DNA of 64,000 bases from Squalus acanthias (taxonomy: Eukaryota), in NCBI GenBank assembly GCA_030390025.1, contig CM059432.1, forward strand, positions 7,192,001 through 7,256,000. The letters are read 5' to 3'. Shown one piece after another: positions 24,631 to 38,845 of this stretch. The first letter of the stretch is position 1; every line of letters begins with the position of its first letter. A model generated the notes under the pieces. It saw only the letters and a program-made list of their open reading frames with translations, searched no databases and was not told the origin of the DNA. Made by a program: the position numbers and the translations under genes.

Positions 24631-26689
24631 TTCCTTATTCCTTATAAAGGTTTAGCATAACTTCCTTGCTTTTGTACTCCATAGTTAGCATTCCTGCTGG
24701 TTGTGGAAGGTGGCTTACAAGGTTGCACCACCTAATGGATAGGATGAGTATTTTCCTTTTTTTGTCAGTGTTTAATGACGCCACTGTGTCAGCCAATGAG
24801 TTGCACTGTGTCAGCCAATGAATTGGAGGCGGAGCTGGACATATGGCAGGACTCACAGCAAATAGTCTATTTTACAGCAAAGAAAGTCTATTTGTACAGC
24901 GCACTACAGCAAACTGTCTACAGAGTCTATTTAAAAAGAGTCTCTATGAACTACTGCAAACAGCACTCGTGAACCAAACTACAGCAACTCCTCCCGATAA
25001 AAGCAAGGTGATTTCTCCAGCAACATGCAGTGAGTGGAGGATAGTTGTGCAATACAAATCTTGTGCATAACATCAATCCCAGTCACTCTCAGCAGTGATT
25101 GACGGGGGGAATGACCCAATCATCTCCTTTCTGGCCGGGAATAGTGGTGTCACTATACACAGCCCTTTTTAGTATCTTGGCACATAGGTTCACAGATTTA
25201 AGATTTCCCCCCCCACTGACATGTAAATGGTGGATGGCATGAGTAATTGAGATAACGACTCCAAGCTGGCTATTAAAGCAACAAGACATCGTTCGCGATT
25301 GGAAAGACTTTAAGTGTAAATATCATTGCAACGTGTCCAAAGAGAATCGGCGTACAAGTCGCAGAAAGCCTTCGGAAAGAATGGGCAGAAAAATGAGCCA
25401 AATCATAAAAGTTAACAGATGCAGGACAGTACTGGACCTTGCAAAAAAAGGGCAGATGAAACAACGCAGATGTTCACAACAGGATATATAAATCTAGATT
25501 CAGTATGCGTTGTGTACACACACACACACAAAAAAGAAGAAATCATCCTCCCCCCTCCCTTCAAAGGCAAAGACCAAGATTCCTTGCACTAACTCAGCTT
25601 TGTTACGGTCAGGTGAAAACCAAGAAGAATCTACTCTGCAGATCTAATGAGCGTATTTGGCGGTGGAGGCGTTTAGTCTTTATTCTATTTGCCATATCAT
25701 TGATGGCAGTCTGACATGACTCTGACCGATTTATGGCAGCGTTCCAATGGCGTTTGAGTTCTGCTACACTTTGAAACTGTCAGCTGTCTTGAACGCACCT
25801 CCTTAAAGCATGTGTTTTCAACATCTGGTTTCGATTTTTTTTTAAATAATCTGTGTCTAAATAACAATATTTGCACAACATCTACCAAGGTTCATTTCAT
25901 ATTGTTTCCTAACATGCTGCTTGTGAAGACAGCTGGTCTGTTACAACCACTGAAGAAGTGTCAGAAGTTTGGCAATAGAGCTTCACATGGAATCTTCCTA
26001 TATAATTGTCCTGTATAAGTACAGATGTCCTTGGTATTTTCTGGTCTGTTGACGATTTTCTGTTACTGCTTCTAAGGTTGAAGATTGTCTCTAACAATAG
26101 AACATTTTACATTTGTTTTTGATGATACTTAGCACTACGAGATAAGGACGCTGTCTTGTGACCAATTTCCTGTTAGCGCAGATTTCTATGATGACCTTTC
26201 TCCAAATTATAAAAACCATGCAGGTAGAAATATCTGATGCTGCTGCGGACATACTTGCATAAAGCTAGAGAAGAATCATTGGTTTTAAAGAGAAAGAGCG
26301 ACTTAAGTTTATACAGCATCTTTCACGACCTCAGGACATCCCAAAGCGCTTTACAGCCAATGAAGTACTTTTTCCAACCGTAGTCACTGTTGTAATGTAG
26401 GAAACGCAGTGGCCAATCTGCAGCACAAGGTCCCACAAACAGCAATGTGATAATGACCAGATAATCTGTTTTAGTGATGTCGGATCGAGGGATAAATATT
26501 GGCCCCAGGACACCAGGGATAACTCTCCTGCTCTTCTTTGAAATAGTGGCCGGGGGATCTTTTGCGTCCACCTGAAAGAGCAGACGGGGCCTCAGTTTAA
26601 CGTCTCATCTGAAAGACGGCACCTCCGACAGTGCAGCGCTCCCTCGCCAGAGGAAAGGAATATTTAGCTTCCAGGGGGCTACGTAAAGC

Positions 26690-27775
26690 TCTGGATGGAC
26701 CCCATTTAGAGTAACTCTGTTCAGTTCTGGGCACCGCACATCAGGAAGGATATATTGGCCTTGGAGGGGGAGCAGCGCAGGTTCACTGGAATGATACTGG
26801 GGCTAAAAGGGTTAAATTATGAGGAAAGGTTGCATAGACATGGCTTGTATTCCCTGAAGTATAAAAGATTAAGGGGTGATCTAATTGAGGTGTTTAAGAT
26901 GTTCAAAGGATTTGATAAGGTTAGATAGAGAGAAACTATTTCCTCTGGTGAGGGAGTCCAGATCAAGGGGGCGTAACCTTAAAATTAGAGTTAGGCCGTT
27001 CAGGGGTGATGTCAGGAAGCACTTCTTCACACAAAGGGTAGTGGGAATCTGGAACTCTCACCCACCCCCCAAAAAAAAGCTGGTGAGGCTGGGGGGGGGT
27101 CAGTCAAAAATTTCAAAACTGAGAGGTAGATTTCTGTTAGGCCAAGGGTATTGAGGGTTATGGAACAAAGGCGGGTAGATGGAGTTCTGTTATAGATGAT
27201 CTAATTGAATAGTGGAACAAGCTTGAGGGGCTGAATGGCCTACTCATGTTCCTATTTTCCCAAAGTATCCAGGTTTGCAAGCTTGACGTGAACCCACATC
27301 CTCCCGTTCCACTCCATGTTATGTTGGGGGTCCAGCCTTTTCATAGAATCATAGAAATTTACGGCACAGAAGGAGGCCATTCGGCCCATCTGGTCCTTGC
27401 CGGCCGACAAAGAGCTGTCCAGCCAAATCCCACTTACCAGCTCTTGGTCCGTAGCCCTGTAGGTTACGGCACTTCAAGTGCATATCCAAGTACTTTTTAA
27501 ATGTGATGAGGGTTTCTGCCTCTACCACCCTTTCAGGCAGTGAGTTCCAGACCCCCACCACCCTCTGGGTGAAAAAAGTTCTCCTCAACTCCTCTCTATT
27601 CCTGCTACCAATTACTTTAAATCTCTGCCCCCTGGTTATCGACCCCTCTGCTAAGGATAATCGGTCCTTCCTATCCACTCTATCTAGGCCCCTCATAATT
27701 TTATATACCTCAATTAAGTCTCCCCTCAGCCTCCTCTGCTTCAAAGAAAACAACCCCAGCCTATCCAATCTTTTC
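26690..27775. mobile_element. Two CR1 3' fragments, tail to tail (+ about 26690-27255; - about 27340-27775)
   Basis: CR1 ORF2 C-terminal peptides in ORFs 26885-27154 (+) and 27349-27777 (-). Confidence 0.85.
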
Positions 27776-28289
27776 ATTCTTTTAGTTACAATTTGAAGTA
27801 TTTTCCAGTAAACATTTTAATGCCATAAAGGTTTATTTTTTTAATGCTAATTCTAGCAAAAAAGGTCATCTTGAGTATAAACTGGGGTTCCTCACATTGA
27901 TTTTTCACTATAATTAGAGGAAAATCTAGCTCATTACCATCAACTGTAAGTTTACATACATGATTGATAGTGTAGAAATAACGTAAAATTGATGTCTTTT
28001 TATAAACAATGGTGCTTTAACAAGATTCAAGGGTTATCTCTCTCTGACTAGGTGACAGTATCACAAAATATTGAAACTGCCAGAGCTAAGTACAGATTAG
28101 ATGAGACATGAGACCATTATAAATTAAAAAAAAACAATTTTCTTCAATGTTACAACAAAGTTTTGCAGAAAATACACTTGCTAAGATAATTAGTACCAAG
28201 TGGCTCACCATAAGATTGTGACTTTGTTTCCCCCTGTCCAAATAGTGGCATTGCAAATTAATTGTGGAGCGATACTTGTAATTGCCTAT

Positions 28290-28748
28290 AGTGTCAGCTG
28301 TGGCTCAGTGGGCAGCACTCTCGCCTCTGAGTCAGAAGGTTGTGGGTTCATAGTCCCACTCCAGAGACTTGAGCACAAAAAATCTAGGCTGATACCAGTG
28401 CAGTACTGAGGGAGTGGCGGAGGTGCCGTCTTTCGGATGTGACGTTAAACCGAGGCCCCGTCTGCTCTCTCAGGTGGAGGTAAAAGACCCCATGGCACTA
28501 TTTGGAAGAAGAGCAGGGGAGTTCTCCCCGGTGTCCTGGGGCCAATATTTATCCCTCAACCAACATAACAAAAACAGATTATCTGGTCATTATCGCATTG
28601 CTGTTTGTGGGAGCTTGCTGTGCACAAATTGGCTGCCGCGTTTCCCACATTACAAAAGTGAATACACTCTATGAGTACTTCATTGGCTGTAAAGCGCTTT
28701 GGGACATCCAGTGATTGTGATAGGCGCTGTAGAAATGCAAGTCTTTCT
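28290..28748 (+). mobile_element. Near full-length Deu-domain tRNA SINE
   Basis: Same head, core and tail as 3314-3745. Confidence 0.8.
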
Positions 28749-30419
28749 TCCACCAGTCCAAACAGTGGCACTACAAATTAATTGTGGAGTGATACTTGTA
28801 ATTGCCTACAAATAATTTGCTCTGTTGTGGTGTCACATGAAAGCATTTGAACAAAATGTACTGAAAAGGTGTTGACTCATTAACGATCCAGGGTGGGTTG
28901 CTGTGTTACAAATATACCATGAGAATGTTGCCTTTCAGTCATTCAATTACAGGTGTAAGCTGTGCACGGATTCTCGTACTCGGGTATGAGTCAGTGGTTT
29001 GAGGAGAGAATGTTACGGGGGGAAAAACTCAGCATTGATAGCACAGTGCAAGTGCACTCACCATGAAATTATGTCGATTAATGTTCAGTAGCTACTACAT
29101 TTTAGTTCAGTTATCCTGGAACTCGGAAGGGCCGTTAGAGATTGTATCTGCCATTGCTAGCGTACTTCTCCTTTCTTGAATCCCCCCCCCCGAGACGAGC
29201 CTACAGAATTGTTTGAGTTACGTTTATATTTTTTATAAAAATTATACTCATATAACGTCCTAAATTTGCCCACCAAATGAAATCGATTTCTTTTGTGACG
29301 GGTTCGCGGGCAGGCTTCAAAGGGGAGATGTTGTTTCAGTTAGTTGCACATGAGTTAGCAGCCAGCGAAAGATGTAAACATAATGGTCCCACAGATGTCT
29401 TATATTAAGAGTATAGTATTTAGCAAATTGTAGCCTGTAGCATGATCTCCTGTTTTGTATGGCAAAAAAAAAAATCTTGCACTTCTTCCAGGATGAGATG
29501 GGCCCACAGGGGATAAACTACAGTGGAAAAGTCCATTGGAGAAGAACCATGGAGAACTCCCATATTGGGAGAAGGATTAGCAGTACTCCAGATTGACCAG
29601 TGATTGGAGCCAGAAAGCAGTCAAAGCACAGGAACATAGCAACAGGAGGAGGCCATCCAGCCCCTCCAGCCTGTGGCACCATCCAATTAGCTGATCTGTA
29701 TCTTAACTCCAGCTACCCGCCTTGATTTCGTAATCCTTAATACCCTCGCCTAACTAAAATCTGTCAATCTCGGTTTTGACATTTTCAATTGACCCCCCAG
29801 CCTCAACAGATTTTTTGGGGAAAGAGTTTCAGATTTCCACTACTCCTTGTGTGAATAAGTGCTTCCTGCCATCACCCCTGAATGGCCTAGCTCTAACTTT
29901 AAGGTTATGCCCCCTTGTGCTGGACTCCCCCCACCAGAGGAAATAGTTTCTCTCTATCAACTCCTTTGATCATCTTAAACACCTCAATTAGATCTCCCCT
30001 TAATCTTCTATCTACAAGCCTAATCTATGCAACCTGTCCTCATAATTTAACCCTTTTAGCCCCGATATCATTCTGGTGAAAGCAGTAATAATTACGCACA
30101 TAGTATATATAGCACAGAAACAGGCCATCCGGCCCAACTGGTCTATGTCTGTGTTTATGCTCCATATGAGCCTCCTCCACCTCTCTTCATCTAACCTATC
30201 AGCATCACCTTGTATCTTTCTTCCTCCTGTGGTTATCCAGCTTCCTCTTAAATGAATCTATACTATTCACCTCAACTACTTGTGGTAGCGAGTTCCACAT
30301 TCTAATCACTCTCTGGGTAAAGAAGTTTCTCCTGAATTCCCTATTGGATTTATTACTGACTATCTTATATTTATTGCCCCTAGTTTTGGTCTCCCCCACA
30401 AGTGGAAACATCTTCTCTA

Positions 30420-31757
30420 GAAACAAGAAAAATAGGAGCAGGAGTAGGCCATTCGGCTCTTCGAGCCTGCTCCGCCATTCAATATGATCATAGCTGATCC
30501 TCTATCTCAATACCATATCCCCGCTCTCTCCCCATACTCCTTGATGCCTTTTGTGTCTAGAAATCTATCTATCTCCTTCTTAAATATATTCAGTGACTTG
30601 GCCTCCACAGCCTTCTGTGGTAGAGAATTCCACAGGTTCACCACCCTCTGAGTGAAGACATTTCTCCTCATCTCAGTTCTAAATGTCCTACCCCGTATCC
30701 TGAGGCTATGACCCCTCGTTCTAGACCCCACAGCCAGGGGAAACATCCTCCCTGCATCCAGTCTGTCTAGCCCTGTCAGAATTTTATACGTTTCAATGAG
30801 ATCCCCCCTCATTCTTCTAAACTCTAGTGAATACAGGCCTAGTCGACCCAATCTCTCCTCATACGACAGTTCTGCCATCCCAGGAATCAGTCTGGTGAAC
30901 CTTCGCTGCACTCCCTCTGTGGCAAGTATATCCTTTCTTAGGTAAGGAGACCAAAACTGCACACAGTACTCCTTACTTACTGTAGTAAGACATCCTTGCT
31001 CCTGTACTCAAATCCTCTTGCAATGAAGGCCAACATACCATTTGCCTTCCTAACTGCTTGCTGCACCTGCATGTTTGCTTTCAGTGACTGGTGTACAAGG
31101 ACACCCAGGTCCCTTTGTACATCAACATTTCCCAATCTATCACCATTTAAATAATACTCTGCCTTTCTGTTTTTCCTACTGAAGTGGATAACTTCACATT
31201 TATCCACGTTATACTGCATCTGCCATGTATTTGCCCACTTACTCAACTTGTCTAAATCGCCTTGAAGCCTCTTTGCATCCTCCTTACAACTCACAATCCC
31301 ACCTAGCTTTGTGTCGTCAGCAAACTTGGAAATATTACATTTGGTTCCCTCATCCAAATCATTGATATATATTGTGAATAGCTGGGGCCCAAGCACTGAT
31401 CCCTGCAGTACCCCACTAGTCACTGCCTGCCACCCTGAAAAAGACCCATTTATTCCTACTCTCTGTTTTCCTGTCTGTTGACCAATTTTCAATCTATGCC
31501 AGTATATTACCCCCAATCCCATGTGCTTTAATTTTGCACACTAACCTCTTTTGTGGGACTTTATCAAAGGCCTTCTGAAAATCCAAATACACCACATCCA
31601 CTGGTTCTCCCTTGTCTATTCTACCAGTTACATCCTCAAAAAACTCCAGTAGGTTTGTCAAACACGATTTCCCTTTCATAAATCCATGTTGACTTTGTCT
31701 AATCCCGTTGATATTTTCTAAGTGTCCTGTTATCACATCCTTTATAATAGACTCTAG
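30420..31757 (-). mobile_element. CR1 LINE ORF2 RT fragment (frameshifted)
   Basis: ORFs 31494-31781, 30977-31522 and 30507-30962: QHGFMKGKSCLTNL, YLDFQKAFDKVP, QGSVLGP, FADDTK. Confidence 0.92.
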
Positions 31758-32109
31758 GTCTACCCTATCAAACCTTTTCATAATCTTAAAGACCGCTATC
31801 AGGTCACCCCTCTTTTTTGCACCTTCTCACATTTGTCCACCCCAGTCCAACATCTCCACATCATAGAGTTATACAGCACAGAAAGAGGCCCTTCAGCCCA
31901 TCGTGTCCGCAACGGCCATCAAGCCCTGTCTATTCTAATCCCATTTTCCAGCACTTGGTCCGTAGCCTTGTATGCTATGGCATTTCAAGTGCTCATCTAA
32001 ATGCTTCTTGAATGTTTTATAATATGGAGACCAGAGCTGTTCACAGTACTCCAAGTGTGGTCAAAGCAAGGTTCTATACAAGTTTATCATAACATACAAG
32101 TTTAACAAA

Positions 32110-32640
32110 TTGGAATACTGTGTGCAGTTCTGGTCGCCACACTATAGGAAGGATGTGATTGCATTGGAGAGGGTGCAGAGGAGATTCACCTGGGCTGGAG
32201 CGCTTCAGCTATGAAGAGAGGCTGGACAGGCTGGGGTTGTTTTCCTTAGAGCAGTGAAGGCTGAGGGGGGACCTGATTGAGGTGTACAAAATTATGAGGG
32301 GCATAGATAGAGTAGATAGAAAGGAACTTTTCCCCTTAGTAGAGGGGTCAATAACTAGGGGGCATAGTTTCAAGGTAAGGGGCAGAAGGTTTAGAGGGGA
32401 TTCGAGGAAAAACTTTTTCACCCAGAGGGTGGTTGGAATCTGGAACTCACTGCCTGAAAGGGTGGTAGAGGCAGGAACCCTCACAACATTCAAGAAGCAT
32501 TTAGATGAGCACTTGAAACGCCATAGCATACAAGGCTACGGACCAAGTGCTGGAAAATGGGATTAGAATAGACAGGGCTTGATGGCCGGTGCGGACACGA
32601 TGGGCCGAAGGGCCTCTTTCTGTGCTGTATAACTCTATGA
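32110..32640 (+). mobile_element. CR1 LINE 3' fragment
   Basis: ORF 32282-32566: YKIMRGIDRVD...FFTQRVVGIWNSLP. Confidence 0.88.
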
Positions 32641-32731
32641 TGTGGAGATGCCGGTGTTGGACTGGGGTGGACAAATGTGAGAAGTCGCACAACACCAGGT
32701 TATAGTCCAACAGCTGTTGGACTATAACCTG
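32641..32731 (-). mobile_element. Short family A PLE-type tail with a perfect 40-bp palindrome
   Basis: TSD gtataactctatga at 32627-32640 and 32732-32745. Palindrome accaggttatagtccaacag|ctgttggactataacctggt at 32694-32733. Confidence 0.8.
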
Positions 32732-33738
32732 GTATAACTCTATGACTAACATAACCATGTATACCATTCATACATTTATTCTTCAGTCCTCATCGGCAAG
32801 AAGGCCAATTTTATGCCATGGAGACACACTATTGGAAGTTAGATTGAGACCAAGTAGGCTCTTTTTACATTGAATTCTCACCGTTAGTACAGAGTGTGAG
32901 GAGAATATCATCCCATCACTTTGGGATTGATGAGCCCCGATCCTAGAATCATAGAATGATACAGCACAGAAAGAGGCCATTCGGCCCATCGTGTCTGTGC
33001 CAGCTCTTTGAAAGAGCTATCCAATTAGTCCCACTCCCCTGTTCTTTCCCCATGGCCCTGCAAATGTTTTCTTTTTAAGTATTGATCCAATTCCCTTTTG
33101 AAAGTTACTACTGAATCTGCTTCCACCACCCTTTCAGGCAGTGCATTACAGATTATAACAACTCGCTGCGTAAAACATGTTTCCTGATCTCGCCTTTGGT
33201 TCTTTTGCCAATTACCTTAAATCTGTGTCCTCTGGTTACCGTCCCTTCTGCCAATGGAAACAGTTTCTCCTTATTTACTCTGTCAAAACCCTTCAAGAAT
33301 TCGATCATCTCTATCAAATCTCCCCTTAAACTTCTCTACTCTAAGGAGAACAACCCCAGTTTCTCTAGTCTCTCCACGTAACTAAAGTATCGTGAAAGAA
33401 ATGAAAGTATTGTGTACCAACCCACCCGGCCACCTAGTTCCCCGAAGAATTTGTCTTTTACAATATATTCTTTCAGAACTTTGTAAGAAATTGGTATTTC
33501 AATACAGTTGAGGATTTTGCAAGAGAATTAAGTAATGGTAGTTGTATTTTTGTCTTCCTACATTTCATGTCAACAACACTCCTTCCATTGCTAATTCTAT
33601 TCAGTTTCCTCTTCTTGGCCAAACACTTTAACCCCCTGCCCCCTCCCACCCAATAGTTCTAAATTATCTCCAAACCCCAATACTTGAATACTATTACCAT
33701 AGCTGTTACACCACTGGACAGGATATAAGAGAAAGCTG

Positions 33739-34218
33739 AAATAAAAACAGAAAATGCTGGAAATACTCAGCAGGTCAGGCAGCATCTGTGGGGAGAGAAA
33801 CAGGGTTAACGTTTCAGGTCGATGACCCTTCGTCAGAACTGGAAAAGGCTGGAGATGGAACAGGTTTTTAAGCAAGTGCAGGGACAGGGAAAGGGGGGAG
33901 GGGAGGAAAGAACAAAAGGAAAGGTCTGTGATAGGGTGGAAGGCAGGAGAGATTAAGAGACAAAAGGGATGATGTAAGGCAAAAGAAGATGGTAATAGGA
34001 CAAGTTAAGAAACAAAAGATGGCTCTAGATGAAGTGTAAATGGCACTGGCAGAGTGAAAGACAGCTGCCATGTGTGAGAGAGAGAAAAAAAATGGAAAAA
34101 AAAGATAGGGGCAGAGGTTATGGTCTGAAATTGTTGAACTCGATGTTGAGTCCAGAAGGCTGTAAAGTGCCTAATCGAAAGATGAGGTGCTGTTCCTCGA
34201 GCTTCCGTTGAGCTTTTG
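33739..34218 (-). mobile_element. 5'-truncated Penelope-like element, family B (end of GIY-YIG ORF plus 3' terminal region with hammerhead at about 33804-33840)
   Basis: TSD tataagagaaagctg at 33724-33738 and 34219-34233. The reverse strand is homologous to the endonuclease end at 53740-53840 and to the tail at 55945-56286. Confidence 0.85.
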
Positions 34219-34595
34219 TATAAGAGAAAGCTGTTCATCTGACAAACAATCTTCGACTCATCTCTGACCCCTCTCGGTTGCAAATTTTTTTAGTTTTCAC
34301 TTTATTGTTACTGTTTTGGCTAATCGCCCCCCTGAACTTTCCTCCCTTTGCTCGTCAGCTCTATAAATACTGCGCTTCATTCTCGGCGTTTTGAAATTAA
34401 GACTCGTCAAAATGCCTGATACTGTAACTCATTCTTTACCAAGATCCAAAACTGTGGGACTCTTCACCTCCCTTGGTGACTTTCAATCTACAGGCATTTA
34501 AAATCCACGCTTGTTCACTATTAAGTATTGATTTTTCTTATCACTCCCCAATTTGGGGGTGCACTGGTCGAAGAACCTTTTTTGCATTCACCTAG

Positions 34596-34824
34596 TGACG
34601 TAAGAAAACTACTAGGCACTTGGTCTAAGCGTTAAACAAAGCTTTAATCAACTGTTTTTCAACATGGAGGTCTAGTTGTGTCCTTCACTAGTTCCTGTTA
34701 AAGAATGTCCTGAGCAAGCTGGGCCCATGCCCGAGTATTTATACTGTCCCTGGACAGCGCCACCAGGAGGCCGCCCAGTATTATTTCATAAGTCATTTCC
34801 ACATGAATGACAAGATTCATGTCA
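34596..34824 (-). mobile_element. Short solo LTR (Gypsy-like)
   Basis: TGAC...GTCA termini and 5-bp TSD cctag (34591-34595 and 34825-34829). Minus-strand TATAAA (34738-34743) lies upstream of ATTAAA (34643-34648). Confidence 0.65.
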
Positions 34825-37217
34825 CCTAGGTTTCTCAATAATAGATAAATACAAATTCGTACTGCAAATGGATTCCATCGTCATAAGGTCCTGTGAATCA
34901 CACGACCATTGGTTTCAAATCCCTCCATGGCCCTCGCTCCCCTCCCTATCTCTGTAATCTCCTCCAGCCCCACAACCCTCCGAGATCTCTGCGCTCCTCC
35001 AATTCTGGCCTCTTGAGCATCCCCGATTTCAATCGCGCCACCATTGGCGGCCGTGCCTTTAGCTGCCAAATCTGTGGAATTCCCTCCCTAAACCTCTCCA
35101 CCTCTCTCCCTCTCTTTCCTCCTTTAAGACGCTCCTTAAAACCAAGCTCTTTGACCAAGATCTGCCCTAATATCTCCTTACGTGACTCGGTGTCAAATTT
35201 TGTTTGATAATCGCTCCTGTGAAGCGCCTTGGGACGTTTTACTACGTTAAAGGCGCTATATAAATAAAAGTTGTTGTTGCTATTGATATGCAATAGTTGC
35301 AATAGTCAATTCGGTACTAATTTTAATCAGTCTTATTACAGTTTTCAGGTTATTGGGACCATAACATTTATATTCTTTAAAACAAATCTAGAAGGTAGCA
35401 TGAGTAAAATGTGAATTAATTCTGAGAACCATAGACACCTCCACAAACCACTGGAGTTTTCCTTCAGACTTAAATAAATATCAGTGTTGCCAGTTAGACA
35501 TGATTTTATACCTTATACATGTAGCAAACTGAAGAATAATACAAAAATAGAGCCACTCCCTTTGAACATTCCTCCACTGTTTATATTAAGTAATCTGAAG
35601 ACAATGGATATATAGATGATTTTGACTGTAGGCTATGACAGTTCAGTCTGGGCTTAACTCACATCTGCTCAAGTTCTCTGTTTGGCCTGATAAGATTTGA
35701 TCTCAGATATGAGGCCACAGGTTTTTTGGAGTGGATTATACTGGCGTTATTAATCACATTTTTAATCGCAGAAATTGTTTCACAGATTGGTGCAGAAATT
35801 TCAACTAAAACTCAGTGTAAATTCGCATTCAAGTATTCCGGCTTGGCTCAGTTGGGTATCACCTCTCCGTTCTGAGTCAGAAGGTTGTGAGTTCACATCC
35901 CACTCCAGAGACTTGGGTGCATAATCTAGGCTGACACTCCCTGGTGCAGTACTGAGGCAGCGCCGCACTGTCGGAGGGTGCCGTCTTTCGGATGAGATGT
36001 TAAACCGAGGCCCCGTCTGCCGCCTCAGATGAATGTAAAAGATCCCATTCGAACAGTCAAAATAGAACAGGGGAATTCTCCTGGTACCCTGGCCAATAGT
36101 TATCCCTCGACTAACCCCACCAAATCTCGTCATTGATCTCATTGTTTTTTGAGGGAGCTTGCTGTGTACAAATAGTTGCCGTGTTTCCTGCACCGCAACA
36201 ATGACTACACTTCAAAAAGTACTTCAGTGACTGTGAAGTGACATTCTGAGGTGAGAAAGGAGTAATCTAAATGCAAGTTCCTTCTCTTTATTTAACTGTG
36301 CGGGTTACCTTTAAGGATGGGTAAAGGTTACCTTTAAGGATGATACCAAAAAATGCAAGGGTCTATCTATCAGGAAAGGATAAACAGGCTGGGTCTTTTT
36401 TCTCTTGAAAAGAGAAGGCTGAGGGGTGACCTAATAGAGGTCGTTAAAATTATGAAAGGTTTTGATAGAGTGGATACAGAGAGAATGTTTCCACTTGTGG
36501 GGAAGAGCATAACTAGAGGCCATCAATATAAGATAGTCACCAAGAAATCCAAGAAAGAATTCAGAAAAAACTTCTTTACCCAGAGAGAATGTGGAACTCG
36601 CTACCACAGGGAGTGGTTGAAGCGAATAGTATAGATGCATTTAAGGGGAGGCTAGACAAGCATCTGAGGGAGAAGGGAATCGAGGGTTATGCTGATAGAG
36701 TTAGATGAGGAAAGACGGAGGAGGCTCAAGTGGAGCATAAACGCTGGCATGGACTGGTTGGGCCGAATGGCCTGATTCTGTGCCGTATATCCTGTGTAAT
36801 ACCTACCTGGTGGAATCTTTGTCATCCTTCAAATTAAAAGCACCCTCTACATATCTCTAGAATAAACCAGCAAAGGCACTTGTAAACCATGCGCGGAATA
36901 ACGTTCCATTAAGATGTTTCAGTGCCCCTGTGACCCACCTATTCTGAGCAGTACAAAAGGCTCGGCATATCCTTAAAGTGTTTGGTTTTCCCACCAGATG
37001 AAATGGTTACTACTTCTACTGTCCTGTTGGGCCGAATGGCCTGTTACTGTGTTGTAAAGGTCGATGTAACTTGTGTTGGTCATTACCCCAGTTGTTGCCG
37101 CTTGTGAGTTCACGTTATCTAGTTTGTCGATTTGTTGGCCGATACCGACTGCTTAATTCTTCGTCAGGTTCCCAAGAGCCATCTTTAAGCAAGGTAAGAG
37201 GTGGGCATAGAATCATA

Positions 37218-38845
37218 GTACCTGCAGATTGGAGGGTGGCAAATGTAACCCCACTATTTAAAAAAGGAGGGAGAGAGAAAACAGGGAACTACAGACCGGT
37301 TAGCTTAACATCAGTAGTAGGGTAAATGCTAGAGTCTATTATAAAGGATGTGATAACGGGATTAGACAAAGTCAACATGGATTTATGAAAGGGAAATCGT
37401 GTTTGACAAACCTACTGGAGTTTTTTGAGGATGTAACTGGTAGAATAGACAAGGGAGTACCAGTGGATGTGGTGTATTTGGATTTTCAGAAGGCCTTTGA
37501 TAAAGTCCCACATAAGAGGTTAGTGAATGGCGGAGCAGGCTCGAATGGGCCGACTCCTGCTCCTATTTTTCTAAGTTTCTATAGAATCTTACAGCACAGA
37601 AGGAGGCCATTCGGCCCATCGTGCCTGTGCCGGCTCTTTGAAAGAGCTCTCCACTTAGTCCCACTCCCCCCTGCTCTTTATACATAGCCCTCCAAATTTT
37701 TTCCCTTTCAAGTATTTATCCAATTCCCTTTTGAAAGTTACAATTGAATTTGCTTCCACCTCTCTTTCAGGCAGCGCATTCCAGATCACAACAACTCGCT
37801 GCGTTAAAAAAACAAAATTCTCCTCATCTCCCCCTCTGGTTCTTTTGTCAATCACCTTAACTCTGTATCCTCTGGTTACCAACCCTCCTACCAATGGAAA
37901 CATTTTCTCCTTTATTTACTCTGCCAAAACCCTTCATGATTTTGAACACCTCTATCAAATCTCCCCTTAACCTGCTCTGCTCTAAGGAGGACAATCCCAG
38001 CTTCTCCAGTCTCTCCACATAACCGATGTTCCTTTACTGGAGTTGATAGCCAGAATAAATGCCTCAGCTGCCTTTTGTCAAGGCACAATTTAAACAGCTG
38101 CTAAAATACATAGTAACATATCCAGCCAACTATGAGGAAATAATAATGAAGCAGCGATTACTGTTAACCTGCAGGTACAGCAAGCAATTAGGAAAGCAAA
38201 ATGGTATGTTGGCCTTTATTACAAGAAGATTTGAGTATAAGAGTAAAGACGTGTTACTGCAATTATATAGGGCCCTGGTGAGACCACACCTGGAGTATTG
38301 TCTACAGTTTTGGTCTCCTTACTTGAGGAAAGACATACTTGCCATAGAGGGAGTGCAACGAAGGTTCACCAGACTGATTCCTGGGATGGGGCGGATTGTC
38401 CTTTGAGGAGAGATTGAGTAGACTAGGCCTATATTCTCTGGAGTTTAGAAGAATGAGAGGTGATCTCATTGAAACGTACAAAATTCTTGCAGGGCTTGAC
38501 AGGGTAGATGCAGTGAGGATGTTTCCCCTGGCCGGGGAGTCTAGAACCAGGGGTCACAGTCTCAGAATAAGGGGTCGGCCATTTAGGACTGAGATGAGGA
38601 GAAATTTCTTCACTCAGAGGGTGGTGAATCTTTGGAATTCTCTACCCCAGAGGGCCGTGGAGGCTCGTTGGGTATATTCAAGACGGAGATCGATAGATTT
38701 TTGGATATCAACGGAATCGAGGGATATGGCGATAGAGCAGGAAAGTGGAGTTGAGGTGGAAGATCAGCCATGATCTCATTGAATGGCGGAGCAGGCTCAT
38801 GGGGCCGAATGGCCGACTCCTGCTCCTATTTCTTATGTTCTTACG
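37218..38845. mobile_element. Cluster of CR1 fragments (+ 37218-37585, - 37585-38030, + 38170-38845)
   Basis: WRVANVTPLFKKG...NYRPVSLTSV, YLDFQKAFDKVPH and LVRPHLEYC motifs. Confidence 0.87.
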
